NCBI GenBank assembly: GCA_048538235.1
Contig: JBLYPX010000001.1
Location: 521,015 to 585,014, forward strand
From: Candidatus Komeilibacteria bacterium
Lineage (GTDB): Bacteria; Patescibacteriota; Patescibacteriia; UBA1558
DNA: 64,000 nt
Reading direction: 5' to 3'
Part shown: piece after piece, positions 20,398-29,936 of the stretch
Position numbering within the stretch: position 1 is the stretch's first letter
Layout of the letters: each line of letters opens with the position of its first letter
The notes under the pieces: generated by a model
Database searches by the model: none
Told to the model about the DNA's origin: nothing
The model's input: only the letters and a program-made list of their open reading frames with translations
Translations under genes and position numbers: made by a program

Positions 20398-21027
20398 TTA
20401 TTTATACAACTTAATAGCTTTCATAATAGCTTTTTCTGTAATAACTAAACTTGGATGTCTTAATAGATCCAAAACATTCAAACTGTTAAAAGGCAATGTC
20501 TGAACATTAGGAAGATTCTTTGCAGCTTTAATTACATTTTCATTATTTCTAGCCATAACTAAAGTTGCTTTTTTATCTTTACCAATTAGTTTTACAAAAA
20601 ACTCATTTAAAACTTTTGTTTTACCATCTTTAATAGCTAATTTATCTACAATAAATATCTGGTTATTAGCCAATTTATTTGTCAAAACCATCTTTAAGGC
20701 CTTCTTTCTGACTTTATCGTTAATACGTTCTGAGAAATTACGTTCCTTTGTTGGTCCAAAAGTTACTCCACCGCCACGCCATAAAGGTGAGCGAATAGAA
20801 CCATGTCTAGCACGGCCAGTTCCTTTCTGACGCCAAGGCTTTTTACCGCCACCACGAACATCACTTCTGCCCTTAGTGTGGCTTAAATTCTCTCTTTGAT
20901 TGGCCCTAGCAGCTGTTACTACTTCGTGAAGTAGTGTTGGCTTAACTTCTACAGCAAAAATATCCTCTGGTAATTCTAGAGTTTTAATCTCTTTTGCTTC
21001 TTGATTGTAAACTTTTGCTGTTAACAT
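20398..21027 (-). CDS. rplD: 50S ribosomal protein L4
   Basis: 209 aa typical L4. Confidence 0.9.
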   Translation of the reverse strand: MLTAKVYNQEAKEIKTLELPEDIFAVEVKPTLLHEVVTAARANQRENLSHTKGRSDVRGGGKKPWRQKGTGRARHGSIRSPLWRGGGVTFGPTKERNFSERINDKVRKKALKMVLTNKLANNQIFIVDKLAIKDGKTKVLNEFFVKLIGKDKKATLVMARNNENVIKAAKNLPNVQTLPFNSLNVLDLLRHPSLVITEKAIMKAIKLYK

Positions 21028-21029
21028 AT

Positions 21030-21818
21030 TTATTTATCTTCTTTTACTTCTTCTTTAGGAGCCTCTTCCTTAACTTCCTCTTTTGGCTCTTCTTTAACTT
21101 CTTCTACTTTTTCCTCAACCTTTTCTTCTTTTACCTCTTCTACTGGAGTTTCCTCTGCAGCTTTTTCTTCAACTGGAGTTTCTTCCTTAATCTCTTCTTT
21201 AACAGGTAACTTAAATTCTGAACCTGTCACAATGTATAAAATACCATTTCTTGCTCCAGGCACAGAGCCTTTTACATATATAATATTCTCATCTGCGTCT
21301 ATCTTAACTATTTCTAACCATTTAGATGTAATTTGTGCAGCTCCCATATGACCGCCCATTCTAGTTCCTTTAAAAACGTGAGCTGGACCAGTAGCACCAA
21401 TTGAACCAGGCATTCTTAATTGATCTTTATGACCATGACTTGCAGGAGATCCACGAAAACCCCATCTCTTAACAACACCCTGAAAGCCCTTACCTTTTGA
21501 AGTACCAATCACTTTTGCCTTTTCACCTTCTTCAAATATATCTACACCCCAGGTATCTCCCACTTTAACAGCGTCAACTGCAATATTGAATTCCTTAGAT
21601 GTTCTATATTTCTTTCCTTTAAAATGTCCAAGTAATGGTTTTGTTACCTTTCTCTTTTCACCAGAAGCAACTTGTACAGCCTCATAACCATCTTTTTCTT
21701 TAGTCTTAATTTGAGTAACTGTAACAGGTTCTGCCTTAATTTTTGTAACAGGCAAAACAACACCATCTGGTGTAAATATCTGTGTCATTTCTATTTTTTT
21801 GCCTATTATTGCTTTCAT
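21030..21818 (-). CDS. rplC: 50S ribosomal protein L3 with a roughly 55 aa repetitive Glu/Lys/Val-rich C-terminal tail
   Basis: L3 core (MKAIIGKKIEMTQIF..., GKGFQGVVKRWGF) followed by EEIKEETPVEEKAAEETPVEEVKEEKVEEKVEEVKEEPKEEVKEEAPKEEVKEDK. Confidence 0.9.
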   Translation of the reverse strand: MKAIIGKKIEMTQIFTPDGVVLPVTKIKAEPVTVTQIKTKEKDGYEAVQVASGEKRKVTKPLLGHFKGKKYRTSKEFNIAVDAVKVGDTWGVDIFEEGEKAKVIGTSKGKGFQGVVKRWGFRGSPASHGHKDQLRMPGSIGATGPAHVFKGTRMGGHMGAAQITSKWLEIVKIDADENIIYVKGSVPGARNGILYIVTGSEFKLPVKEEIKEETPVEEKAAEETPVEEVKEEKVEEKVEEVKEEPKEEVKEEAPKEEVKEDK

Positions 21819-22027
21819 AATTTTATAATCTGGTTTTTAGTTAACAAAAACCGTGATTAATTTTTACCAGCCTACCCTAGCAGACTTACAAAAACCAATC
21901 GCGGTTGCTCATTAAGACATTTGTCTTAAACTTATATACTTTTGAGCATTTTATTCAATTCTTAATTATCCTTTGATTAAACGAATCTGTTTTACCACTT
22001 CCATAACGGGTTAGTAAAACTGACAGC

Positions 22028-22375
22028 TTAAATCATTTTTATTTCAATATCTACTCCTGATGGTAGATTTAAATTCATTAATGCGTCTACTGTTTTAGCA
22101 GTTGGTTCAATAATATCTATTAATCTCTTATGAGTTCTCATCTCATATTGATCTTTAGAACTCTTGTGAACAAAAGTAGATTTTAATACAGTATATTTCT
22201 TCTTAGCTGTAGGTAGTGGAATTGGACCACTTATCTTAGCACCAGTTCTAGTTGCTGTATCTATAATAGTCTTTGTAGATTGATCAATAATCTTATGATC
22301 ATAAGCTTTGATCTTAATTCTAACCTTAGACTTTATCTCTACATTATTTGTTTTTACTGCTTCTTTAGTTGACAT
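22028..22375 (-). CDS. rpsJ: 30S ribosomal protein S10
   Basis: Core [25 protein letters not shown].... The track start at 22387 is a TTG, so the ATG at 22375 (MSTKEAV...) is preferred. The start remains ambiguous. Confidence 0.85.
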   Translation of the reverse strand: MSTKEAVKTNNVEIKSKVRIKIKAYDHKIIDQSTKTIIDTATRTGAKISGPIPLPTAKKKYTVLKSTFVHKSSKDQYEMRTHKRLIDIIEPTAKTVDALMNLNLPSGVDIEIKMI

Positions 22376-22394
22376 TTTAATATTCAATCAATGG

Positions 22395-22417
22395 AAGCGC
22401 CCCAAAAAGGGGCGCTT
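22395..22417. other. GC-rich hairpin (aagcgcccc-aaaaa-ggggcgctt) in the 42-nt tuf-rpsJ intergenic spacer
   Basis: 9-bp stem with no adjacent U-tract on the transcribed (minus) strand, so a processing or attenuation structure rather than a clean terminator. Confidence 0.4.
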
Positions 22418-22429
22418 ACGCATTTATCT

Positions 22430-23620
22430 TTACTTAATAATTTTAGTAACAATACCAGCTCCAACTGTATGACCACCTTCACGAATAGCAAACTTTTGCT
22501 TTTCTGACATGGCAACAGGGGTGATAAGTTTAATCTTAACTGTAACAGTATCTCCAGGCATAACCATTTCTGTACCAGCTGGAAGTTCATATACATCACC
22601 AGTTACATCAGTTGTTCTGATATAGAACTGTGGCTTATATCCTTTAAAGAATGGAGTGTGTCTACCACCTTCATCTTTGGATAGAATATATATTTCAGCT
22701 TCCATTTCAGTATGTGGAGTAATTGTTCCTGGTTTAGCAAGCACCTGACCTCTTTCAACGTCAGTCTTCTTTAGACCACGGATCAAAATACCGGCATTAT
22801 CTCCAGCACGACCCTCATCTAAACTCTTGTTAAACATTTCAATACCAGTAACTGTAGTTTTTTGAGTGTCTCTAATTCCAACGATTTCTACTTCTTCGTT
22901 TACCTTAATAACACCACTTTCAATTCTACCAGTCACAACAGTACCACGACCTTCGATTGAGAAGATATCTTCAACAGGCATTAAGAAATCCTTATCTACA
23001 TCTCTCTTAGGTTCTGGAATATATTCATCTAATTTTTCAATTAGAGAAACAACAGCCTTAGCATCTTCACCAGTTGGATCTTCTAAAGCTTTTAGAGCTG
23101 AACCACGAATAATTGGTGTTTCGTCTCCAGGGAATTCATATTTCTTTAACAAATCTCTGATTTCTTCTTCAACTAGATCAATTAATTCTGGATCATCTAC
23201 TTGATCTGTCTTGTTTAAGAAAACAACAATATATGGTACGCCCACCTGTCTAGCTAGCAAGATATGCTCTCTAGTTTGTGGCATAGGGCCATCAGCTGCA
23301 GAAACAACTAAAATAGCACCGTCCATCTGGGCTGCACCAGTAATCATATTTTTAATATAGTCAGCGTGACCAGGACAGTCGATATGAGCATAGTGACGTT
23401 TGTCACTTTCATATTCAACGTGAGCGGTCGCAATTGTAATACCACGCTCTTTTTCTTCAGGAGCGGCATCAATTTGACTAACGTCTTTTGTCTGTGCTGT
23501 TTTACCAGCTGCAGTTAAACTACTTAGAATAGCTGCTGTTAATGTTGTTTTACCATGATCAACGTGACCAATAGTACCCACATTAACGTGTGGCTTTGAT
23601 CTATCAAATGCTTCAGCCAT
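22430..23620 (-). CDS. tuf: elongation factor Tu
   Basis: 396 aa with [15 protein letters not shown] and NKxD motifs. Confidence 0.95.
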   Translation of the reverse strand: MAEAFDRSKPHVNVGTIGHVDHGKTTLTAAILSSLTAAGKTAQTKDVSQIDAAPEEKERGITIATAHVEYESDKRHYAHIDCPGHADYIKNMITGAAQMDGAILVVSAADGPMPQTREHILLARQVGVPYIVVFLNKTDQVDDPELIDLVEEEIRDLLKKYEFPGDETPIIRGSALKALEDPTGEDAKAVVSLIEKLDEYIPEPKRDVDKDFLMPVEDIFSIEGRGTVVTGRIESGVIKVNEEVEIVGIRDTQKTTVTGIEMFNKSLDEGRAGDNAGILIRGLKKTDVERGQVLAKPGTITPHTEMEAEIYILSKDEGGRHTPFFKGYKPQFYIRTTDVTGDVYELPAGTEMVMPGDTVTVKIKLITPVAMSEKQKFAIREGGHTVGAGIVTKIIK

Positions 23621-23721
23621 GATTATTATTCTCCATTCGCGCAGATATTACCCAACCCGCGCTTACTTAGTAATTAAATGTATTTATTTTTTGTAAAAAA
23701 AAATTGCTATATTGCGTAAGG

Positions 23722-23749
23722 ATTATAACACAATCTGACAGTTTTGCAA
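23722..23749 (-). promoter_or_regulatory. sigma70-like promoter for tuf (TTGCAA-16 bp-TATAAT on the minus strand)
   Basis: Minus-strand -35 TTGCAA (23749-23744), 16-bp spacer, -10 TATAAT (23727-23722), about 95-nt leader to the tuf ATG with SD GGAGAA. Confidence 0.5.
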
Positions 23750-23891
23750 GACCTAATAATAGTAATTTTAAAAACTGCCTAATTTTGTATATTTTTTAGC
23801 TAATATTAGCTAAATTATCTCCTTTATTTCCTAAATCTATAAAATAATTGTCTATTTTATATATCTACTTGTGGAAAACTATCCCTTTTAC

Positions 23892-24278
23892 CTATTCATC
23901 TATTTCTTCAAAGAAGAATTCATCTCCTTCGTCTGGCTCTTGAATATTGCTAATAGGTGGCGCAAAAGAAGCCTCTGCCCTATCTGCAATAACGTCTTTA
24001 ACTGATATTGGGCCATTTGGCACACTATTATGCTTAATTGGCTCCATTATTGGTGCTTCAGAGCTAATTATATCATTTAGTGCTTGTTTCTCATCTTCTA
24101 TATCCATTGTCTTTTCCTTTAATTCATCTTTTGCAATAAATTGAGACTTTGCCTGATTATCTCTAACCAAATCCTCATACGAGTCTAAATCCATTACTAC
24201 TAATAGATCTGTGTCGGTTGCAACAATTATTTTGTCTTTTGTTTTTTTAATTAAATTTCCTAATCTATTTATATCCAT
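23892..24278 (-). CDS. hypothetical acidic protein with a Phd/YefM-antitoxin-like N-terminal segment
   Basis: 128 aa. Residues about 5-40 (NRLGNLIKKTKDKIIVATDTDLLVVMDLDSYEDLVRD) resemble the Phd/YefM fold motif R.GNL.....I....AVLVS.E.YE.L. Long acidic C-terminus (EPDEGDEFFFEEIDE). No cognate toxin nearby. Confidence 0.4.
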   Translation of the reverse strand: MDINRLGNLIKKTKDKIIVATDTDLLVVMDLDSYEDLVRDNQAKSQFIAKDELKEKTMDIEDEKQALNDIISSEAPIMEPIKHNSVPNGPISVKDVIADRAEASFAPPISNIQEPDEGDEFFFEEIDE

Positions 24279-24279
24279 A

Positions 24280-25548
24280 TTATTTATAATAAATATTTAT
24301 ATACTCATAGTTATTCATATCTACAAGCTCTGTCTCAGACGCTTTATTAAAATCTATAAACACTGGCGGTCTACCATCCACACCAATAATTGCACTATTA
24401 TCTGTTACAGCATAGAGCTTATTTACCAAACTAATATCTGACCAAACATATATTGGAATTATCTTATCTGCCACAGTGCTATACATTACCAGTTTTTGAT
24501 TAGTTGGAATATATAGATAATTATCTAGCCAATACAAATTATTTAAACTTGGCGCACTAATAGCAGAAAGATCATCTATGTATATTGATTTAATTTTATG
24601 CAGACTAATATTATATAGAACAACTTCATTATTATCTCCATTCATTTCATCCTCCCAACTCATCTTAGGCAATATGAAAGCTATATATTCACCACTTGGA
24701 GACAAATATGGATAACCAGCTGTTTTAATCTTATTTTCCTCATCTACTTGTGAAAAATAGTTATCTAATGCCAATTGGAAACTATCTTTATCTATAACTC
24801 CCTCTGCAATATTTAAGAACTGAACCCTGCCAAGCACAGAAGCGCCTGCATCTGCATTAAACTGGTATAGAATAAGATTTTCTTGAGAATTATCATACCC
24901 AAGTATTTTTAGGCCTGAATAAATACCACCACTGACATCTGCTACTAAAGTATGTATATCTTTAACAGTATCATATTCCCATATCTCTACAGATTTAGAA
25001 CCACCTTCTAAGAGCTCCAAACTCTCATCTGAATACAAATTTGTTGAATAAGCAATTTTACTCTTATCTAATGAATAAACAGCTCCAGTAATAAACTTCC
25101 TCTGATTATTTACTTCTTTATTTGGTAAGCTAAAAATTTCTGCCACATCTCCAGTTTCTAAATATAATTCATAAAGCTCTGTACCACCCGCATCTTTATC
25201 CTGCCAAAAATCTTTAATTAAAAATACAGCATCTTGCTGTATATTTGTAGATAGTAAAGAATATTTACCTTCTACTACTTCTGAAATTGTCTGAATATCT
25301 TTGTTTAATTCCTGACTAGCCAATTTATACCCACCAGCAGATAAATCCAAACCCACAAAAGAAACATTGCCAATCTCTGGTTTATTCTCATTAACCACCT
25401 CTTCAGTAGTTATTATGTCTACAGTTTGTATTTCTTCGCCATCTTTTAAACTAATAGAAACAACAACACCTATAAGTACTATTATTACTATACCTATAAC
25501 AACACTCATTATTTGAGAAAAACCTTTGTCGTTTACCATAAATATTAT
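24280..25548 (-). CDS. hypothetical membrane-anchored protein (single N-terminal TM, large extracytoplasmic domain)
   Basis: Track ORF 24280-25599. A minus-strand promoter-like TTGACA(25599-25594)-TAAAAT overlaps the first codons, so the start is probably ATG 25548 (MVNDKGFSQIMSVVIGIVIIVLIGVVV...). No recognised domain. Confidence 0.45.
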   Translation of the reverse strand: MIFMVNDKGFSQIMSVVIGIVIIVLIGVVVSISLKDGEEIQTVDIITTEEVVNENKPEIGNVSFVGLDLSAGGYKLASQELNKDIQTISEVVEGKYSLLSTNIQQDAVFLIKDFWQDKDAGGTELYELYLETGDVAEIFSLPNKEVNNQRKFITGAVYSLDKSKIAYSTNLYSDESLELLEGGSKSVEIWEYDTVKDIHTLVADVSGGIYSGLKILGYDNSQENLILYQFNADAGASVLGRVQFLNIAEGVIDKDSFQLALDNYFSQVDEENKIKTAGYPYLSPSGEYIAFILPKMSWEDEMNGDNNEVVLYNISLHKIKSIYIDDLSAISAPSLNNLYWLDNYLYIPTNQKLVMYSTVADKIIPIYVWSDISLVNKLYAVTDNSAIIGVDGRPPVFIDFNKASETELVDMNNYEYINIYYK

Positions 25549-25656
25549 AATTATTAAGAATGTATAGGGAATTTTATACTGTATATATATATTTGTCAAA
25601 GTTGTTTATTGACATCATCTATTGACAATATTTTAGACGAATGTTATTGTGTTCTG

Positions 25657-25946
25657 GCTATAATGTACATTAAATTTTGTCTAGTCAGAGTAGTTGCTTT
25701 TGACATTGCCTATTTCACCAAAAAAAACCATTTCCCATGGTTTCAGCTGCAAATCCGAAACTAGGTGACTATCAGGAACAACATGACACTGGCTAGACAT
25801 ATTTCCAAGGGCTCTGAGATTCCCTCCCCTTACGAACGATCGTATACGAATCTTATTTGCCCTTTTTAACCGAGAGCTATTTCCTACTCTACAGCTCTCC
25901 TTACCGCAGAGCGCTAGGTCAATGACTTGGCGCTCTTTCTTTTAAC
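25657..25946 (+). ncRNA. candidate structured small RNA (unclassified), GC-enriched and ORF-free, between a plus-strand promoter-like element and a strong bidirectional terminator
   Basis: TTGACA(25622-25627)-17-TATTGT(25645-25650). Local GC clearly above flanks. Multiple helices (gagagct...agctctc, agagcgc...gcgctct). No ORF of 60 aa or more. Strand assignment is uncertain. Confidence 0.3.
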
Positions 25947-25978
25947 AAAAAACCCGTGAAATATTTCACGGGTTTTTA
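25947..25978. terminator. strong bidirectional terminator after fusA (aacccgtgaa-atat-ttcacgggtt)
   Basis: Perfect 10-12 bp stem with A-tract and T-tract flanks, 20 nt downstream of the fusA stop. Confidence 0.7.
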
Positions 25979-25996
25979 TATATAATCTATATCTAA

Positions 25997-28093
25997 TTAA
26001 TTCTTGCCTTCTTTAATCTTTTCTTCAACATTCTTTGGCACTTCGGCATAATGTGAGAATTCCATACTATATGATGCTCTACCCTTGGATAGAGAACGGA
26101 TAGCAGTAGAATAACCAAACATTTCTCCTAGAGGCACATCAGCGTCTACAATCTTCATTTGACCTCTATCTCCCATTTCTTTAATCTGAGCACGTTTAGA
26201 GTTAAGATCTCCAATAACATCACCCATAGATTCTTCAGGAGTTACAACTTCTACTTTCATAATAGGTTCCAAAAGGACAAGTCCTGCCTTAGCACAAGCT
26301 GCTTTAAAGGCCATAGCTCCGGCAACTTTAAAGGCTGCTTCAGAAGAGTCAACTTCATGATATGATCCGTCATAGACATTAACACTAACATCAATTAATG
26401 GATAGCCAGCCAATATTCCATTCTCCATAGTTTCTTTAACACCTTTTTCAATTGGAGCAATGTACTCTTTTGGAATTGCACCACCTTTAATAGTGCTCTC
26501 AAATTCAAAACCAGCACCACGTTCACGACTTTCAACTTTTAACCAACAGTGACCAAATTGACCACGACCACCAGATTGCTTAACATACTTACCTTCTGCT
26601 TCAGCACTACCTTTAATAGTTTCTTTGTATGCAACTTGTGGAGCACCAACATTAGCTTCAACTTGAAATTCTCTTTTCATTCTATCTACAATAATATCTA
26701 AATGAAGCTCTCCCATACCTTTAATAATTGTTTGAAGGGTTTCTTCGTCTGTAGATACTTGGAAAGTAGGATCTTCCTCGGCTAATTTAGAAAGAGCAAG
26801 GCCCATCTTTTCCTGATCTTGTTTTGTCTTAGGTTCAATAGCTACTGAAATAACAGGTTCTGGGAAAGTAATTGACTCAAGTACAATTGGATTTGCTTCA
26901 TCACATAAAGTGTCTCCAGTACCAGTATCTTTTAATCCAACAACAGCTGCAATTTCACCAGCGTAAATCTCATCCACCTCTTCACGTGAATTAGCATGCA
27001 TTCTAACGATACGACCAATTCTTTCTTTACTTTCTTTTGACGAATTATATACGTATGATCCAGCTTTTAATACGCCAGAATATACACGTACAAAACATAA
27101 TTTACCAACATATGGATCAGTTGCAATCTTAAAAGCAAGTAATGATAAAGGTTCTGCATCATCTGCTTTACGTACCATTGTTTTTTCCTCATCATCTAAC
27201 GCATGACCTTCAACAGCTGGAACATCTAGTGGAGATGGCAATAATTCTACAATAGCGTCTAATAAAAATTGAACACCTTTATTCTTTAAAGCTGTACCAA
27301 CATATATTGGAATAATTTGATTAGCAATAACACCTTTGCGCAAAGCTTTCTTTAACTCTTCTAATGAAGGTTCTTCACCACCAAGGTATTGTTCCATTAA
27401 TTTTTCATCTGTCTCTACAATAGCTTCAATTAATTTACTTCTATACTCTTCTACTTTATCTTTCATATCTTCTGGAACATCGCCTTCGGTTATATCTTTA
27501 CCAAAGTCATCATTATATATATATGATTTACGTGTCAAAAGATCAACAAGTCCTTGGAAAGTTTCAGCTGCACCAATTGGTAATTGTGCAGGATAAGCTT
27601 TATTAGTTAATCTATCTTCAATAGTTTGAATATCGTAATAGAAATCTGCTCCCATTCTATCCATTTTATTAATAAAACAGATTCTAGGAACTTCATATTT
27701 ATCTGCTTGATGCCAAACTGTTTCAGATTGAGGTTCTACACCAGCTACACCGTCAAAAATAACAACACCACCATCTAGAACACGTAAAGAACGTTCTACT
27801 TCGGCTGTAAAGTCAACGTGACCTGGGGTATCAATAATGTTAATACGGTGCATATCTTCTGGCTTATTGCGAGAAGCCCAAAAACAAGTTGTAGCAGCAG
27901 AGGTAATAGTAATACCACGCTCTTGTTCTTGTTCCATCCAGTCCATTTCAGCTTCACCTTCATGAACTTCACCTATTTTATGTTTCTTACCAGTATAGAA
28001 CAGTACTCTTTCTGTAACTGTTGTTTTACCAGCATCAATATGGGCAATAATCCCAATATTACGTACCTTATCTAAAGGATAATCTCTTGACAT
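25997..28093 (-). CDS. fusA: elongation factor G
   Basis: 698 aa with [17 protein letters not shown] and NKMD motifs. Confidence 0.95.
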   Translation of the reverse strand: MSRDYPLDKVRNIGIIAHIDAGKTTVTERVLFYTGKKHKIGEVHEGEAEMDWMEQEQERGITITSAATTCFWASRNKPEDMHRINIIDTPGHVDFTAEVERSLRVLDGGVVIFDGVAGVEPQSETVWHQADKYEVPRICFINKMDRMGADFYYDIQTIEDRLTNKAYPAQLPIGAAETFQGLVDLLTRKSYIYNDDFGKDITEGDVPEDMKDKVEEYRSKLIEAIVETDEKLMEQYLGGEEPSLEELKKALRKGVIANQIIPIYVGTALKNKGVQFLLDAIVELLPSPLDVPAVEGHALDDEEKTMVRKADDAEPLSLLAFKIATDPYVGKLCFVRVYSGVLKAGSYVYNSSKESKERIGRIVRMHANSREEVDEIYAGEIAAVVGLKDTGTGDTLCDEANPIVLESITFPEPVISVAIEPKTKQDQEKMGLALSKLAEEDPTFQVSTDEETLQTIIKGMGELHLDIIVDRMKREFQVEANVGAPQVAYKETIKGSAEAEGKYVKQSGGRGQFGHCWLKVESRERGAGFEFESTIKGGAIPKEYIAPIEKGVKETMENGILAGYPLIDVSVNVYDGSYHEVDSSEAAFKVAGAMAFKAACAKAGLVLLEPIMKVEVVTPEESMGDVIGDLNSKRAQIKEMGDRGQMKIVDADVPLGEMFGYSTAIRSLSKGRASYSMEFSHYAEVPKNVEEKIKEGKN

Positions 28094-28117
28094 AATTTTT
28101 AATATTAAATGTTTATT

Positions 28118-28585
28118 TTATCTTGCGAAATGAGCAAAAGCTTTGTTTGCCTCTGCCATTTTATGGACATCCTGCTTCTTCTTCATTGCTTCACCTTCAC
28201 CATTAGCAGCATCCATTAATTCTTCAGCTAATTTCAAATGCATTGGTTTACCCTTTTTACCTTTAGATGCACCAATAATCCATCTGAAAGCAAGTTGTGT
28301 TTTACGTGAACCAGACACTACTACTGGCACCTGATAATTAGCACCACCAATACGTCTACCCTTAACTTCAATATTTGGTCCAACATTTTTAATAGCTGCA
28401 TCAAAAACATCTAGTGGATCTTGCTTTGTTTTCTTAGAAATGAAATCAAAGGCTCCATAAACTATTTTTTGAGCTACACTTTTCTTACCATCATCCATAA
28501 TGTAATTAATAAATTTAGCAATCGTTACATTGTTGAACTTTGGATCTGGTTTAATTTTTCTCTTTGGGGCTTGTTTACCTCTCAT
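28118..28585 (-). CDS. rpsG: 30S ribosomal protein S7
   Basis: 155 aa, typical S7. Confidence 0.9.
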   Translation of the reverse strand: MRGKQAPKRKIKPDPKFNNVTIAKFINYIMDDGKKSVAQKIVYGAFDFISKKTKQDPLDVFDAAIKNVGPNIEVKGRRIGGANYQVPVVVSGSRKTQLAFRWIIGASKGKKGKPMHLKLAEELMDAANGEGEAMKKKQDVHKMAEANKAFAHFAR

Positions 28586-28607
28586 ATATGTAAGTATTAT
28601 TTATTAA

Positions 28608-29060
28608 TTATTCAGCACTAGCTTCTGTAGAAGCCTTAGCTCCTTTTTTATCTAAACGCGCTCCATATAATGAACGACTTTGTTTTCGACCTTCTACTCC
28701 TTGGGTGTCATAGACACCACGAACCACATGATAACGAACACCAGCAAGATCTCTAACACGACCACCACGAAGTAGTACAATAGAGTGTTCTTGTAAATTG
28801 TGTCCTTCACCAGGAATATATGCTGTTACTTCCATACCATTAGATAGTCTAACTCTAGCAATCTTACGTAAAGCTGAGTTAGGTTTCTTTGGGGTAGTTG
28901 TAGTAACTTTAACACATACGCCACGTTTAAAAGGAGCGCCTTCTGGATGGTTATCTCTTTTTCTCTTTAAAGCATTAAGAGTATAACGCAAGCCAGGAGC
29001 TTTCGCTTTCTTTTTCTTAGACTTTCTTGGATTTTTTAACAATTGATTTGTTGTAGGCAT
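28608..29060 (-). CDS. rpsL: 30S ribosomal protein S12 with a short C-terminal extension
   Basis: [13 protein letters not shown]...[10 protein letters not shown] core. Extra C-terminal [17 protein letters not shown]. Confidence 0.9.
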   Translation of the reverse strand: MPTTNQLLKNPRKSKKKKAKAPGLRYTLNALKRKRDNHPEGAPFKRGVCVKVTTTTPKKPNSALRKIARVRLSNGMEVTAYIPGEGHNLQEHSIVLLRGGRVRDLAGVRYHVVRGVYDTQGVEGRKQSRSLYGARLDKKGAKASTEASAE

Positions 29061-29100
29061 ATTCTTTAGTTAAAATTATATAATTAAATTATTTATAAAA

Positions 29101-29129
29101 TAAAAAATAACTATCCGAAAGAAATAGTT
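29101..29129 (-). terminator. hairpin plus U-tract about 45 nt upstream of rpsL (terminator of the M50 protease gene and/or leader attenuator)
   Basis: aactat-ccgaaagaa-atagtt followed on the minus strand by auuuuuua. A second perfect hairpin tcacata-tag-tatgtga lies at 29135-29151. Confidence 0.4.
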
Positions 29130-29203
29130 ATCAGTCACATATAGTATGTGATTAAATCCTACTCTACCTCACAAAGGATGGCAGATTCTATTCGGACGAC
29201 AGT

Positions 29204-29232
29204 ATAGTAACACGCTAGCTAAAAAACGTCAA
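29204..29232 (-). promoter_or_regulatory. promoter-like element (TTGACG-17 bp-TACTAT, minus strand) immediately after the M50 gene stop, giving a roughly 135-nt structured leader for rpsL
   Basis: Minus-strand -35 at 29232-29227, -10 at 29209-29204. Confidence 0.4.
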
Positions 29233-29235
29233 TAC

Positions 29236-29865
29236 CTAAACCAGACTATATATCATATTAACGAAAAACCCTATTATTCTACCAAAAATACCTAGCCCTA
29301 AAAAAGAATCTGCTATTAATAGTATTAATAAAAGCCAAGGCCCTTGTTGGCTTAAAAACACCTTAATATTATTATATTTAGCTGGTAATACATCAAATAA
29401 AAACTTTGAACCATCAAGTGGAGGTATAGGAATAAGATTAAATATCATTAAAACAGTATTTACTATTATTAAGGAAATTAAAAAAGCAGGTAAAAGAGTG
29501 GTAAACAAAAACGGTGAAATAACTGAAAGAATCTTCAATATTATAAAAAATACAATAGCACTGATTAAATTAGCTAGTGGTCCAGCTAAAGAAACTATAG
29601 TATTCCCCCACTTTTTGTTCTTAAAGTTGGCAGGATTTACAGGTACTGGCTTAGCCCAACCAATAACCAATGGACTGCCAGATAAAATAAGCATAGCCGG
29701 CAAAAGGATAGTACCAAAAGTATCCATGTGAGGAATTGGGTTTAAAGTAAGTCTATTATTTAATTTAGCTGTCACATCACCTTGTTTATACGCTGCTAGA
29801 GCATGAGAGAATTCATGCACAACAATTGCGTATAAAACTGACAATATTTGTATAATAACTAGCAT
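29236..29865 (-). CDS. site-2 protease family zinc metalloprotease (peptidase M50)
   Basis: 209 aa polytopic membrane protein with HEFSHA (HExxH) in the first TM region and a downstream LDGS-like motif (PPLDGSKF). Confidence 0.75.
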   Translation of the reverse strand: MLVIIQILSVLYAIVVHEFSHALAAYKQGDVTAKLNNRLTLNPIPHMDTFGTILLPAMLILSGSPLVIGWAKPVPVNPANFKNKKWGNTIVSLAGPLANLISAIVFFIILKILSVISPFLFTTLLPAFLISLIIVNTVLMIFNLIPIPPLDGSKFLFDVLPAKYNNIKVFLSQQGPWLLLILLIADSFLGLGIFGRIIGFFVNMIYSLV

Positions 29866-29936
29866 CTTGACTAATAATGTAAATTATATTAAACTGTATT
29901 CACTATTATACTAAAATATCTATTAAATACAACAAT

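Noticed and set aside
22384-22599. 71 aa minus-strand ORF spanning the tuf-rpsJ junction
   Set aside because: Overlaps the 3' end of tuf in another frame and begins inside the rpsJ leader. The real genes explain the region.
25640-25980. tmRNA (ssrA), RNase P RNA or SRP RNA identity for region A
   Set aside because: tmRNA: no tRNA-like T-arm (GGUUCGAnUCC), no CCA end and no plausible tag-peptide frame found. RNase P: only CR-II-like and P4-like fragments, in non-canonical order. SRP: no convincing domain IV motif (GNRA loop with AGCAG/AGG internal loops). Left as unclassified.
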